Virus record (IMG/VR): IMGVR_UViG_3300044262_000024
Span: 1 to 55,051 of that record
Strand: one strand, 5' to 3'
DNA from: a virus
Lineage: Duplodnaviria > Caudoviricetes
Length of the DNA stretch: 55,051 nucleotides
In this document: piece after piece, positions 25,832-34,804 of the stretch
Numbering within the stretch: position 1 is the stretch's first letter
Layout: each line of letters begins with the position of its first letter
Translations under genes and position numbers: made by a program
The notes under the pieces: generated by a model
What the model was told of the DNA's origin: nothing
Databases searched by the model: none
What the model saw: the letters and a program-made list of their open reading frames with translations, nothing else

Positions 25832-25867
25832 CATCGCATGCTCCAGCCCGCTTCGGCGGGCTCCCTC

Positions 25868-25900
25868 CCGGCGCTACTACGGTCGCGCCGGGTTTTTTAT
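25868..25900 (+). terminator. tR1-like terminator
   Basis: CCGGCGC..GCGCCGG followed by a T run. Confidence 0.6.
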
Positions 25901-26028
25901 TCAGTGCTGCGCGCCGGTCTGCATCCCAGACGTGCAGGAAGTTCCTGATTGGCTGCAATTCCGTGGTTTCGAAAAGCGGTAACTGCTCCATTTCTTCATC
26001 CCTCCATTGATCCGAGGTTCCAGCGTAG

Positions 26029-26325
26029 ATGCCAGCTCCTGCAAACGCCCGTAAATTTGTCGCAAAGAATGAGTCCGTGCTTTTGCGGGCCATTGCGGAT
26101 ACCAAGCAAACAACGGTAGGCGATGCCATCGGCCATGATTCCAGCTATGTCTCCAACTTCCTGAATGGAAAGCAGAAATTCACGCTCCAGGAAGTGCTGG
26201 CAATGCTCGAAGCCTGCAACCTGGCCATTCACAGACTCAGTGAGGACGACATGATCGTGTCGCGCGAGGACTGGAAGATGTACCTGACCTTGGCGAAGCG
26301 GCACATGGAGGACGTCGAGGTATGA
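26029..26325 (+). CDS. CII-like HTH regulator
   Basis: KNESVLLRAIA..QTTVGDAIGHDSSYVS..; position after cro. Confidence 0.7.
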   Translation: MPAPANARKFVAKNESVLLRAIADTKQTTVGDAIGHDSSYVSNFLNGKQKFTLQEVLAMLEACNLAIHRLSEDDMIVSREDWKMYLTLAKRHMEDVEV

Positions 26326-26531
26326 AACCGGCCTGCTACGCCTGCATTCACATGATTCCGCCCGAGAAAACGGTGGACGGCTCCCGCCTTTGCCGGGCTT
26401 ACGGCTTGCCGGTGTCTCTTACGCTGGAGGCCGATTGCACCCGGAACGTCCCCGATACGGACGCCGCCGACGAGGTTCCGGTGTGGTACGCCGACGCCTG
26501 GCATGTGGGCGGGGAAGGGCGTGGCGACTGA
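26322..26531 (+). CDS. Cys-rich hypothetical protein
   Basis: CYACIH..C..C; coupled start. Confidence 0.5.
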   Translation: MKPACYACIHMIPPEKTVDGSRLCRAYGLPVSLTLEADCTRNVPDTDAADEVPVWYADAWHVGGEGRGD

Positions 26532-26724
26532 ATGCCTGTGTCCAAGATGCTCCGCCTCACCGAAGCCCAGCTACTCGCAATCGCACCTGCTCGCGTGCGA
26601 GGCCCGGTTGCTGTTGACATGGCCGCTGGCACAGCGCCGCGAGTACCTGGCCAGGCCAGCCGTACAACCGAGGCGGGAAGCGCTGCAGGCCGAAATGACG
26701 CGGCAGCACAAATCCAGACCGTGA
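26521..26724 (+). CDS. Hypothetical phage protein
   Basis: CPRC..ACEARLLL.WPL.QRREYL. Confidence 0.55.
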   Translation: MATECLCPRCSASPKPSYSQSHLLACEARLLLTWPLAQRREYLARPAVQPRREALQAEMTRQHKSRP

Positions 26725-27077
26725 TGCTGCCGTGGCCATCGCCCATGCTTTCACCGAATGCCCGCGCCCATTGGGCACAGAAAAGCCGGCTATCGAAGTC
26801 CTACCGGGCCGCGTGCGCCCTGCATACCAAGTGCGCCGGCCTGAAGGTCGATTGGGATGGGCTGGTGCATGTGGCCATCACATTCTTTCCGCCTGACCGC
26901 AGACACCGCGACATGGACAACCTGATCGCCAGCATCAAGGCGCTGCTCGATGGAGTTGCTGACGCGCTCTGTGTCAACGATCGCCGGTTCCGCATTCACC
27001 CTGTTTTGTCTGACGACACTCACCCAGGCGGCGCGGTGATGGTCGAACTGTTCCGCCGCGTGGAGGATTTGGCATGA
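26721..27077 (+). CDS. RusA-like Holliday junction resolvase
   Basis: LPWPS..LSPN..PPDRRHRDMDNL..K..LDG.ADAL..ND. Confidence 0.85.
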   Translation: MMLPWPSPMLSPNARAHWAQKSRLSKSYRAACALHTKCAGLKVDWDGLVHVAITFFPPDRRHRDMDNLIASIKALLDGVADALCVNDRRFRIHPVLSDDTHPGGAVMVELFRRVEDLA

Positions 27078-27166
27078 CTGCATTACTGATCGCGCTGGTT
27101 TACGGCGGTGTGGTGCTGGTGGCGTGGGCGATGCTCCGCGCTGAAAAGGCCGGGTGGTTCGAGTGA
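27074..27166 (+). CDS. 30-aa TM peptide
   Basis: MTALLIALVYGGVVLVAWAMLRAEKAGWFE; 4-bp overlaps on both sides. Confidence 0.5.
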   Translation: MTALLIALVYGGVVLVAWAMLRAEKAGWFE

Positions 27167-27465
27167 GGATCGCCCAGGCGTTCACCGCCTGCGATGCCTA
27201 CGCTGCCCACCACGCGACCGGCAAGGCGTCTGCGCAGTGTGCCCGCATCCTGGGTTTTATCGCTGCCAACAGCAGCATCGACTGGAGCATCGGCGAACTG
27301 GCCCATTTCCTGAGCATGGAAAAGAGCACGGTATCGGCCCGACTACGGGAATTGCTCGACGCCGGCCAGCTTGAGCCGAAGACGCACCGCAAGGATAGGC
27401 GCAGCGGTATCAAGATCCGGCCCGTGGGATTGCCGGCGGTGGGTCAACTGGAGATGTTTCAGTGA
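27163..27465 (+). CDS. Winged-HTH protein
   Basis: SIGELAHFL.MEKSTVSARLREL..G.L. Confidence 0.7.
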   Translation: MRIAQAFTACDAYAAHHATGKASAQCARILGFIAANSSIDWSIGELAHFLSMEKSTVSARLRELLDAGQLEPKTHRKDRRSGIKIRPVGLPAVGQLEMFQ

Positions 27466-27692
27466 ATCAAATCGCGTTCCATGAGACGGAAATGATGCGC
27501 AACTTCGAGGCCGGAAGGTTTGCCTCGGCGCGCTGGCATTGCCGTATCTGGACGCGGCTGGTGGCGGCACAAAAGTTTTCCCATGACGGCACGGAGGCAT
27601 CCGGCCTGCTGAATTCAGACCAGCAGGCACGCCGTCACCCTATCAAGTCTGAATTGCGCCTGGCGGATGGCGCGTCTGAAGGAAAGCCATGA
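27462..27692 (+). CDS. Hypothetical protein
   Basis: Coupled ORF between the HTH and replication genes. Confidence 0.45.
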   Translation: MNQIAFHETEMMRNFEAGRFASARWHCRIWTRLVAAQKFSHDGTEASGLLNSDQQARRHPIKSELRLADGASEGKP

Positions 27693-28507
27693 ACTACTAC
27701 GAAAGACACCTGGGCGACTACGCCAAGGACACGGCGCATCTTTCCATGCTTGAGCATGGCGCGTATGGGCTGCTGCTGGATCGCTACTACGCGACCGAGT
27801 GCGGCATTCCAGCAGACCAGGCGCATCGCCTTGCAAGGGCCAGGACGAAGGAAGAAAAGCAGGCTGTCGATTCAGTCCTGGCCGAGTTCTTCAAGTTGGT
27901 GGATGGCGTGTGGATCAACAACCGGGCCAGCGACGAGATAACCAAAGCCCAAAGCAAGATCAAAGCGGCACAGGAAAACGGCAAGCGTGGCGGGCGTCCA
28001 AAGACGAACCAAACAGAAACCCAAGAGAAACCCAGTGGGTTATTTGTGGGTTCGGATTCGGAAACCGAAACGAAAGCTCACCAGACACCAGACACCAGAC
28101 ACCAAGAAACCCTATCGCCTACGGCTCTGTCAGGTTCGACCGAAAAGCCGGTCGAACCTGACCCTCTGCCGTGCCCGGTCGAGAAAATCATTGAGGCGTA
28201 CCACGAGGCCATGCCGCTCAACCCTGCATGCAAGGTTCTCAACGATTCGCGCAAGCGGTCGATCCGGCAGCGGTGGCGCGAGGCATCCAGGATGCAGGCC
28301 CAGCCGTTCGGGTATTCGACACAGCTTGATGGCCTGATGGCCTGGAGGCGGTTCTTCGAGGTTTGCGCCGAGTCTGATTTCCTAACTGGCCGGGTGCCGG
28401 GGCGCAACGGAGCGCCGCCATTCCTGGCTGACGTCGACTTTCTATTTTCGCCTTCAGGCTTTGCCAAGGTGCTTGAAAACAAATATCACCGCGAGGTGAT
28501 GGCATGA
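27689..28507 (+). CDS. Replication initiator (YdaU/DUF1376-like)
   Basis: MNYYERHLGDYAKDTAHLSMLEHGAY.LLLD.YY..NGKRGGRP. Confidence 0.85.
   Translation: MNYYERHLGDYAKDTAHLSMLEHGAYGLLLDRYYATECGIPADQAHRLARARTKEEKQAVDSVLAEFFKLVDGVWINNRASDEITKAQSKIKAAQENGKRGGRPKTNQTETQEKPSGLFVGSDSETETKAHQTPDTRHQETLSPTALSGSTEKPVEPDPLPCPVEKIIEAYHEAMPLNPACKVLNDSRKRSIRQRWREASRMQAQPFGYSTQLDGLMAWRRFFEVCAESDFLTGRVPGRNGAPPFLADVDFLFSPSGFAKVLENKYHREVMA
28005..28112. repeat. Putative origin: AACCCA/TGGGTT iterons and (CACCAGA)3.7 tandem repeat inside the initiator gene
   Basis: Tandem repeat at 28079-28104; lambdoid origins lie within the initiator gene. Confidence 0.5.
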
Positions 28508-29868
28508 ACGCCCCTCTCGACTTTGAAGACCTGGGCGCCCGCCTGCCCCCGCATCACGCCGAGTCCGAGCAGTCGGTGCTGGGCGGCCTGCTGCAGGACA
28601 ACACGGCGATGGACCGCATCGACCTGGCCGAGTCGGATTTCTACGCCCATGACCATCGGCTGATCTGGAAAGCAATCGCCAGCCTGATCGACGCCGGCAA
28701 GCCGGCCGATGTGATTACCGTGGCCGAAGCCTTGGAGGCCGCCGGCGAACTGGATCGCGTCGGCGGCCTGTCCTACGTCGTGGCCCTGTCGGCGAACACA
28801 CCGAGCGCAGCGAACGTGCGCAGCTACGCCAAGACGGTGAAGGACCGGGCCGTGTTGCGGCGGCTGGCCGAAGCCGGGACGCGCATCGCGGACATGGCCT
28901 ACGCTGGCGGCGATGCGTCCGAGTCCGTGGCCCAAGCGCAGCAGGTTGTAATGGAACTGGACAGCACCGAGGCGGCACAGGAATCCATGAGCCTGCGCGA
29001 TGCGCTGAAGGCGATGGTCGAACGGGTGGATGACGCATTCCACGGCAGGAACGCGGCCACGCCGACCGGGTTTACCGACCTAGACGCGAAGATCGTCGGA
29101 CTGGAGAAGGGCGACGTGATCGTTGTTGCCGGACGCCCGAGCATGGGAAAGACCGCATTCGCCATGCAGATCGCCGAGCAGGTGAGCGAGGACGGTCCGG
29201 TGCAGGTGTTCAGCCTTGAAATGGGCGCCGAGGCGCTATCAATGCGGATGGCCGCTGGGGTCGGCAAGATCGACCTGATGAAGATGAGGACCGGGCAACT
29301 CAACGACGACGATTGGGGTCGCCTGACCTATGCGCTGGGCAAACTGAACAGCCGGCCGCTTTACATCGACGACCGATCCAGCCTGTCGGTGGCACAGATC
29401 CGCGCCCGCGCTCGCCAAACCAAGCGCAAGCACGGTCTGGGCCTGGTGGTGATCGACTACATCGGCCTGATCGACGCGCCAGGCGAGAACCGGGCCGCCG
29501 CTGTTGGCGCGGTGAGCCGCAGCATCAAGGCGATGGCGCGCGAGTTGGCGGTGCCGGTGATCCTGTTGTGCCAACTCAATCGACTTGTGACTGGCCGCAC
29601 CGACAAGCGGCCGGTGTTGTCAGACCTGCGTGAGTCGGGCGCCATCGAGCAAGACGCCGATCTGATCCTGCTGCTGCATCGGGATGATTACTACAACCCC
29701 GACAGCCAATACAAGGGCGTGGCCGAGTGCATCATCGGCAAGCAGCGCAACGGTCCGACCGGCATCGTGCCGCTTGCATTCGACGCCGAGAGCGCGCGCT
29801 TCGGTAACTTCGCCGGACGCTACGCGCCGGAAGCGCAGGCCAAGCCGGTCAAGAAGGGGTTTGCATGA
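28504..29868 (+). CDS. dnaB: Replicative DNA helicase
   Basis: AEQ-like SVLGGLL, AGRPSMGKT Walker A, FSLEM, IDYIGL, QLNR, DLRESGAIEQDAD, KQRNGP. Confidence 0.95.
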   Translation: MNAPLDFEDLGARLPPHHAESEQSVLGGLLQDNTAMDRIDLAESDFYAHDHRLIWKAIASLIDAGKPADVITVAEALEAAGELDRVGGLSYVVALSANTPSAANVRSYAKTVKDRAVLRRLAEAGTRIADMAYAGGDASESVAQAQQVVMELDSTEAAQESMSLRDALKAMVERVDDAFHGRNAATPTGFTDLDAKIVGLEKGDVIVVAGRPSMGKTAFAMQIAEQVSEDGPVQVFSLEMGAEALSMRMAAGVGKIDLMKMRTGQLNDDDWGRLTYALGKLNSRPLYIDDRSSLSVAQIRARARQTKRKHGLGLVVIDYIGLIDAPGENRAAAVGAVSRSIKAMARELAVPVILLCQLNRLVTGRTDKRPVLSDLRESGAIEQDADLILLLHRDDYYNPDSQYKGVAECIIGKQRNGPTGIVPLAFDAESARFGNFAGRYAPEAQAKPVKKGFA

Positions 29869-30239
29869 CCGCCCCCTGGCAGGAAATGCTCACCGAGCAG
29901 CAGCGGAAGATCCTCAACGCTGCCTGCGGCGACCTGGCCGAGCAAATCCGCTGGCACGGCAACCGGCTTTCAAAGGACGATTGGCGCCACCTGATCAGCG
30001 GGACCGTACTCGGCTGGCGGATGATGCCGGCCATCGACCGGGGTGAGGGCGCGCCGGGCTTCATCATGCTGGGCGGCTCGAGCCTGAAACTGACGAAAGA
30101 GCAGTGCATCGACGCCATCACGATGGCCTTCCACATCGGCGACGACCCGAGCAGCCAGGGCCTGAAGTCGCAGCCGGTGCGCTGGTGCGCGGCCGTTTGC
30201 AAGGCTCGGTGGCTGGCTGACGAGGGCATGGCCGCATGA
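29865..30239 (+). CDS. NinB-like protein
   Basis: Q.K.LNA.C.DLA.QI.W.G..L..DDWR..LGGSS. Confidence 0.7.
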   Translation: MTAPWQEMLTEQQRKILNAACGDLAEQIRWHGNRLSKDDWRHLISGTVLGWRMMPAIDRGEGAPGFIMLGGSSLKLTKEQCIDAITMAFHIGDDPSSQGLKSQPVRWCAAVCKARWLADEGMAA

Positions 30240-30541
30240 CCTTCCGCTCGCGCGCCATCCTGAACCTAGCCCACAAGCTGAACCGCTGCCTATGCGGAAA
30301 CTTCAGCCCGGAAGGATTGGAGCCAGCCCATGCAAATTCACAGCTTTACGGCAAGGGAATGGGCGAGAAGGCCGGCGACCAATGGCATGCCGCCATGTGC
30401 CACCAGTGCCACCTCGAGTACGACAGCGGCAAAGGCAGCCGCGAGGAAAAGGAGTGGATGTTTCAGCGCTACCACGTTTGGACGTGGAACCAGTATTTCG
30501 CAAACGGCTGGATCAAGGTCGACAGGGAGGCGGCAAAGTGA
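30236..30541 (+). CDS. Zn-binding nuclease-like nin protein (DUF1364-like)
   Basis: C..AHAN..GKGMG.KA.D..A..CHQCH..YD. Confidence 0.7.
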   Translation: MTFRSRAILNLAHKLNRCLCGNFSPEGLEPAHANSQLYGKGMGEKAGDQWHAAMCHQCHLEYDSGKGSREEKEWMFQRYHVWTWNQYFANGWIKVDREAAK

Positions 30542-30828
30542 AGCCAGACGCCAAAAGCATGGAGCTTATGCGCCGCTTGGCTGCGGTGAGGATCGCTGCA
30601 GCCAATCATTCCAACCGGTTCCGCGAGCTCCTGAAGGAGCGCGCGATCGAGCGGATCAAGGCGCAGCCGTTTTTCCGGCTGAAAGCCGAAGACGAAGGCC
30701 TCGATGTGCATCCGCCGATGGATTTGAGCGCCTACCCGGACAGGACCGAGGTAGTCGTTATTCGCCCCAGCGAGCCGCTTCAGCGGTTCAACTGGCCCGA
30801 TAGCGACGAGCCTTGGTACTGGCCTTGA
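30538..30828 (+). CDS. Hypothetical protein
   Basis: GTG start coupled to the upstream stop; GGAGG SD. Confidence 0.5.
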   Translation: MKPDAKSMELMRRLAAVRIAAANHSNRFRELLKERAIERIKAQPFFRLKAEDEGLDVHPPMDLSAYPDRTEVVVIRPSEPLQRFNWPDSDEPWYWP

Positions 30829-30839
30829 AGCTGCACCGG

Positions 30840-31028
30840 ATGAACCCGCTCGACATCCTGATCGCAGCCGAATCCGCTTCATGCAAAGGCTGCGCCAGGG
30901 AAATGCCAGTCAGGTTCGGGGATGAAATCAAGATGGGATGCACGCAAGGGAGAAAACACGGTGATCGCTGCAAGAAATACCTACCAAACACACGAAAGGG
31001 CGCGAATGCACAATCGGGCAGCAACTGA
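30840..31028 (+). CDS. Cys-rich small protein preceding the Q-like gene
   Basis: NPLDILI..E..SCKGC..C..G..C.KY. Confidence 0.55.
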   Translation: MNPLDILIAAESASCKGCAREMPVRFGDEIKMGCTQGRKHGDRCKKYLPNTRKGANAQSGSN

Positions 31029-31377
31029 GGTTGATTCACTGACCGATGCCGGCATGGCGCGGTTCGAGAACTGGCACGCCTGGGCGGCGGGCGGCGAGAC
31101 TGCCATGGTGATGCGGCACTCTTACCCGCGCCAGGTAGCGGCTTGCGCTCTGTATCGCTCGACCGAGCATTACACGGACGACGAAGCCCCGCAGCTTCCG
31201 ATCGACAAGGAGGACGCCCTGAAGGTCGACCGGGCAATCTGCCTGCTGCCGAATCACCTGAAAACAGCGGTCACCAACAAGTACATGCACCGGCCGGATA
31301 TACGTAATGTCCCTTACGACGTGCTGGATGGCTGGGTTAAACAGGCCGCACGGATGCTGATGGAGCGCTGGCCGTAA
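31006..31377 (+). CDS. Putative Q-like late antiterminator
   Basis: RFENWHAWA..DALKVDRAICLLP..K..V..KY; end of the nin region. Confidence 0.6.
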   Translation: MHNRAATEVDSLTDAGMARFENWHAWAAGGETAMVMRHSYPRQVAACALYRSTEHYTDDEAPQLPIDKEDALKVDRAICLLPNHLKTAVTNKYMHRPDIRNVPYDVLDGWVKQAARMLMERWP

Positions 31378-31433
31378 TTGTTGCCGGACAAGCAGCCCGG
31401 CTTATTGCTGCTGAAAAACTGAAAGGACTTTCT

Positions 31434-31676
31434 ATGCACTACAGAAACGGCCGCGAGGCCAAGAATGGCGACAAGATCGTGCGACTCGAGGGCGGCGTCA
31501 TCGTCGCATTCGGCACGCTGCAGGACGCGACGCCTGGGAATGACTACTGCAACGGCAATATCGTGCACGAAAGCGGGCATTCGACCTATGCCTGCATGTG
31601 TGACTGCCTGCACGTCGACGACGTGGCCGAAGTGCTGGCTGCGCAGGGCTTGGACAAGCGACCCAAAGGCAAGTGA
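31434..31676 (+). CDS. Conserved small phage protein
   Basis: MHYRNGREAKNGDKIV..NDYCNG..CDCLHVDD; AAGGA SD. Confidence 0.75.
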   Translation: MHYRNGREAKNGDKIVRLEGGVIVAFGTLQDATPGNDYCNGNIVHESGHSTYACMCDCLHVDDVAEVLAAQGLDKRPKGK

Positions 31677-31862
31677 TCTTCTGCGTTGCCACTGCGCATG
31701 TTGATGAAGCGCGTCCCGTGAACGGACCACCTATTACGTCCTGGCGCTCATAGGCCGCCTCCGACGCCTTCCCCGGTGTGGACAAAGGGGAGACCGCGGC
31801 CCCAGCGCATGCTGCATGTGCGTAGACGGATGGGGCACCCACCAACCACGAAAGGTAATCAC

Positions 31863-32147
31863 ATGAAAGTATTGACCGTCACCAAAGGCAATGAAACGCG
31901 CCGCTTCGCCATGGACACCGTCCGCTCCCAGCATGTCATCACGATCGATGCCGCGCTCAAACCCGGGCAGGAGGCACCGCACCACCACATCCCCAACCAT
32001 AAACACCTGCTGGTGATCGAGTTGCGCCCGATCAAGTCGCTGGACGGCGAGGGCAAAGGCCAGGTCGTCGACTTCTGCCAGCAGTTCGAGTGGATGTTCG
32101 ACGAGCGCCGCCAGGTCGACGAGGCTGTTACGGTCGACGAGGTATGA
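31863..32147 (+). CDS. Hypothetical protein
   Basis: AAAGGT SD; phage-like codon use. Confidence 0.6.
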   Translation: MKVLTVTKGNETRRFAMDTVRSQHVITIDAALKPGQEAPHHHIPNHKHLLVIELRPIKSLDGEGKGQVVDFCQQFEWMFDERRQVDEAVTVDEV

Positions 32148-32349
32148 GCAACATCAATGAATTGATGTTGCGGCAAGAGGGCGCGGTTGGCGCTGACGTC
32201 GCTCCGGTATGGAAACCTGGCCAACCCGCGAGCGACGCCACCTGTGCAGCCACCGGCGCTGGTGGCGACGTGTTGACCCGAGAGACATCGGCAGCGATGT
32301 ACTAGGGTTTTTGATAGTGCCAGCGGGTGAGCCGGTTTACGCGGGCAGC

Positions 32350-32535
32350 ATGAGCGAACTAGATGCAGAAGAAACCGAATGCGTGCACATGTGCCTTGAT
32401 GATGCGCTTGTGCCGCGTGCAGATGAGAACGGCGCAATATTTTCGCTGTGGGGACGAGTTAAGCGTTTCAAGTACGGCGGGCCAAACGACGACAACGGGA
32501 TGCAATTACCGACCCCAGGCAACGAAGGCGCATAA
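32350..32535 (+). CDS. Hypothetical protein whose stop lies in the first attC-like core
   Basis: ECVHMCLDD..VPR..FSLWGRV; stop TAA within GCATAAC; start uncertain. Confidence 0.5.
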   Translation: MSELDAEETECVHMCLDDALVPRADENGAIFSLWGRVKRFKYGGPNDDNGMQLPTPGNEGA

Positions 32536-32593
32536 CGGCAAAGTTAAGGCCGACGCGCTTTAGCGCGGTCGGGCCTTGAACGTAGAGTTGGGC
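32530..32593 (-). repeat. attC-like site 1 (64 bp)
   Basis: Minus strand GCCCAAC-tctac-GTTCAAGG..CCTTAAC-tttgcc-GTTATGC: canonical R''/5/L''(extra base)/L'/6/R' layout. Confidence 0.88.
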
Positions 32594-32611
32594 AACGAAC
32601 AGGAGCGAAGA

Positions 32612-32845
32612 ATGGAACTGACAGACGTTTTACGAGGGGGCCGCCAATGTGATGAGGACGGCACTGAAATAATCATGAGCCGGGAAGCGTGCGTGGTAGC
32701 AGCAGATTTGATTGAGCGGCAACAGAAGGCACTGGCAACGCTGGCGAAATACTTTACCGGCGGCAACCACATCCAGGTTGACCAGGCGACGATCAAGGCC
32801 GCCGACTTCTGGAGTATTACGGGGCTGTCGGTGCCCAACGCATAG
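32612..32845 (+). CDS. Cassette 1 hypothetical protein
   Basis: AGGAG SD; ends ..VPNA* inside the next site. Confidence 0.7.
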   Translation: MELTDVLRGGRQCDEDGTEIIMSREACVVAADLIERQQKALATLAKYFTGGNHIQVDQATIKAADFWSITGLSVPNA

Positions 32846-32879
32846 TTTAGGCCGCGCCCGCTAGAGCAAAGTGTTGGGC
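32833..32879 (-). repeat. attC-like site 2 (short, degenerate or chimeric)
   Basis: GCCCAAC..CCCGCTAGAGCAAAGT-GTTGGGC; right half nearly identical to site 7. Confidence 0.55.
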
Positions 32880-33031
32880 GCGTAAGTTATTGAAAACACA
32901 GGCGACCTTAAAGAATAGACAGCTGAACTGGGTCTAAAGGTTGACAAATGTTCGAATCAGCAAGAAAGCGAGGTTGACAAAATTCCAGAAGTGCAATGAG
33001 TTAAACGACAGCGGACATAAGAGGAAAGACG

Positions 33032-33307
33032 ATGGAACGAGAAAAGCGGTATTTTGTGATAAAGCTGACCGACGCGGCAAAGTACCTGACGCCAACGCAA
33101 AGTAGCAGGCTGCAAGAAATGGGTGAGCAGATCAACGAACTTCGGGCAGCAGACGGGAAGCCGCCGATGCACGGTGTTTTTGTGGAGCACGACTGGCCGG
33201 AATATGAGCCGACGTGGCAGGCCATTGAACGGCGCATGGACGCGGTGCCGAACGCTGAAATAACCGGGCGCACGCTGGCCCAAAACGAAGCCGAACCGCT
33301 CGATTAA
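33032..33307 (+). CDS. Cassette 2 conserved phage protein
   Basis: MEREKRYFVIKL.D..VEHDWPEYEPTW.AIE.R; reads through site 3. Confidence 0.75.
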   Translation: MEREKRYFVIKLTDAAKYLTPTQSSRLQEMGEQINELRAADGKPPMHGVFVEHDWPEYEPTWQAIERRMDAVPNAEITGRTLAQNEAEPLD

Positions 33308-33317
33308 CGTGTTAGCC
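33247..33317 (-). repeat. attC-like site 3 (degenerate centre)
   Basis: GCCGAAC-gctgaa-ATAACCGG..CCGCTCGATT-aacgt-GTTAGCC. Confidence 0.6.
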
Positions 33318-33358
33318 GACTCACGTTAAAGGTCGGCACTTGTTGGAGATAAAACCCA

Positions 33359-33505
33359 ATGGAAACTGTAATCAACGAAGCAATCAAAGCACTTGCCGAA
33401 AAGTCCAAGGCAGCACCGGCCCACGAAGTCATGCACCTTACGCAAGCCGCGCTGAATCTGGCGCACACGCTACAGGTCAAGAAGCAGACCGAAGCCACGA
33501 AGTAA
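33359..33505 (+). CDS. Cassette 3 48-aa helical protein (not in the ORF track)
   Basis: GGAG SD; METVINEAIKALAEKSKAAPAHEVMHLTQAALNLAHTLQVKKQTEATK. Confidence 0.65.
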   Translation: METVINEAIKALAEKSKAAPAHEVMHLTQAALNLAHTLQVKKQTEATK

Positions 33506-33536
33506 TGAACAGTCGCCACTGGCTGATGCTGGTGGT

Positions 33537-33600
33537 GGCTAACGATTAAATTAACAGGCTGGCCGCTTGCGGACAGTCCCGCTAGAACGCCGTGTTAGGC
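33537..33600 (-). repeat. attC-like site 4 (64 bp)
   Basis: GGCTAAC..GGCTGGCCGC-tt-GCGGACAGTCC..GTTAGGC. Confidence 0.7.
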
Positions 33601-33622
33601 GTGAACCTGAAAGGAGAATGAA

Positions 33623-33820
33623 ATGTTTGGAATTATCGGTAGCTTGACTAAGGCAGTTGTCGGCGTGGTTGTTGAAGCCCCGATTGCAATTGCGGCAGAC
33701 GTGATGACGCTCGGAGGAACGCTTACCGACAAAAACCAGTGCGGCGGCGAAACCTACACGGAAACCGCATTGAAAGGCGTGATGAAGAACTTGGAAAATG
33801 CGACCAAGCCCGACGCCTAA
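33623..33820 (+). CDS. Cassette 4 conserved small phage protein
   Basis: AAGGAG SD; SL.KA.VG.V.E.P.A..ADV.TLGG.LTD; stop in GCCTAAC. Confidence 0.75.
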   Translation: MFGIIGSLTKAVVGVVVEAPIAIAADVMTLGGTLTDKNQCGGETYTETALKGVMKNLENATKPDA

Positions 33821-33958
33821 CAAACAGGTAAGGGGCTGCCCGCACAACGAACAGGAGCAAGAGCGATGACCATAGAGACACCACAAACCGAAAACGAAGC
33901 CGCTGGCGGGCAGTCCCGCGCAGCCGAAGGCGGAGCGAACTTGACCGCCGTGTTGGGC
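33815..33958 (-). repeat. attC-like site 5 (144 bp) with the next gene's RBS and start codon in its loop
   Basis: GCCTAAC-aaacag-GTAAGGGGCTGCCCG..CGGGCAGTCCC..CTTGAC-cgccgt-GTTGGGC. Confidence 0.7.
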
Positions 33959-34156
33959 GCACTGGCTGACCAGTTTGAGTGCCACGCGCTCAGCCGGAGC
34001 ATTGACGATATTGAGGCGGCAGGCCGGGCCATGCGTGATGCCAAGGCCGAGGTTGAGCGGCTGCGCGCATCGCTGGCAGAGGCACTGGAGGTAGGGAGCC
34101 ACCTGATGTCTGCGGCAGCCTACGAGCGGGCACGAAAGCTGGTGCCCAACGGCTGA
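33866..34156 (+). CDS. Cassette 5 hypothetical protein
   Basis: AGGAG SD inside site 5; ends ..VPNG*. Confidence 0.65.
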   Translation: MTIETPQTENEAAGGQSRAAEGGANLTAVLGALADQFECHALSRSIDDIEAAGRAMRDAKAEVERLRASLAEALEVGSHLMSAAAYERARKLVPNG

Positions 34157-34207
34157 ATTGAGGGGCCGCGCGCTTTTGCGCGGTCCCGCTCGGATGATGT
34201 GTTGTGC
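34144..34207 (-). repeat. attC-like site 6 (64 bp)
   Basis: GCCCAAC-ggctga-ATTGAGGGGCCGCGCGC-tttt-GCGCGGTCCCGCTCGGAT-gatgt-GTTGTGC. Confidence 0.85.
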
Positions 34208-34228
34208 CCCTGCCAAACGGAGAGAGAA

Positions 34229-34513
34229 ATGGACTTGGTTTTACCACTGAAGGGCGAGTATTTCGACCAGATAAAGGCCGGGGTAAAGATTTACGAATAC
34301 CGGCTTTGCACGCTGTATTGGAAAAAGCGGATCGAGGGCCGGAGATACGACAACGTGATTTTGACGCGCGGGTACCCGAAGCGTACAGACACCGAGCGCC
34401 GCCTGGTGGTGCCGTGGAGGGGGTGGCGAATGATGGTGATTTCACACCCCCATTTCGGGCCTGACCCGGTATCGGTGTACGCGATAGAGGTGGGGCACAA
34501 CGGCAACGCTTAG
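34229..34513 (+). CDS. Cassette 6 ASCH-domain protein
   Basis: L.LPLKGEYFDQIKAG.K..EYRL...YW.KR..GR.YD....GYP. Confidence 0.85.
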   Translation: MDLVLPLKGEYFDQIKAGVKIYEYRLCTLYWKKRIEGRRYDNVILTRGYPKRTDTERRLVVPWRGWRMMVISHPHFGPDPVSVYAIEVGHNGNA

Positions 34514-34556
34514 GGGACGCCGCTTGCGGCGGTCCCGCTAGAGCAAAGTGTTGTGC
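34495..34556 (-). repeat. attC-like site 7 (62 bp)
   Basis: GCACAAC-ggcaac-GCTTAGGGGACGCCGC-tt-GCGGCGGTCCCGCTAGAGC-aaagt-GTTGTGC. Confidence 0.85.
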
Positions 34557-34573
34557 GACTGGACGGAGAGAAC

Positions 34574-34804
34574 ATGAGAAAGACAAGATTTACAGCAACA
34601 ATGGCCGCGCTGGCTGTGGCATTCGGGACGGAAGCCGAAATGTTTGACCTTACCGCGCGGCGCGGAAAGACGCTTCCTTCGTACTACCCGAAGTGCACCG
34701 ATAGCGAGAGCGCGGCACGGCTGGCAGCGGCGGAGGAAAAGCGAAAGCGCCGAGCCAAGAAGTTGAAGGCGCACAACGGCAAAGATCAGGCCGACGCCGC
34801 GTAG
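34574..34804 (+). CDS. Cassette 7 basic protein
   Basis: GGAGAG SD; RLAAAEEKRKRRA; reads into site 8. Confidence 0.65.
   Translation: MRKTRFTATMAALAVAFGTEAEMFDLTARRGKTLPSYYPKCTDSESAARLAAAEEKRKRRAKKLKAHNGKDQADAA

Noticed and set aside
26532-26720. Long N-terminal extension of RusA
   Set aside because: The overlapping 26521-26724 frame looks like the real gene, and RusA motifs begin at 26721
32144-32345. Additional attC sites or a cassette left of site 1 (GACGTGTTGACC, GATGTACTAGG)
   Set aside because: Resemble right ends of sites but lack a matching hairpin and core; too degenerate to call
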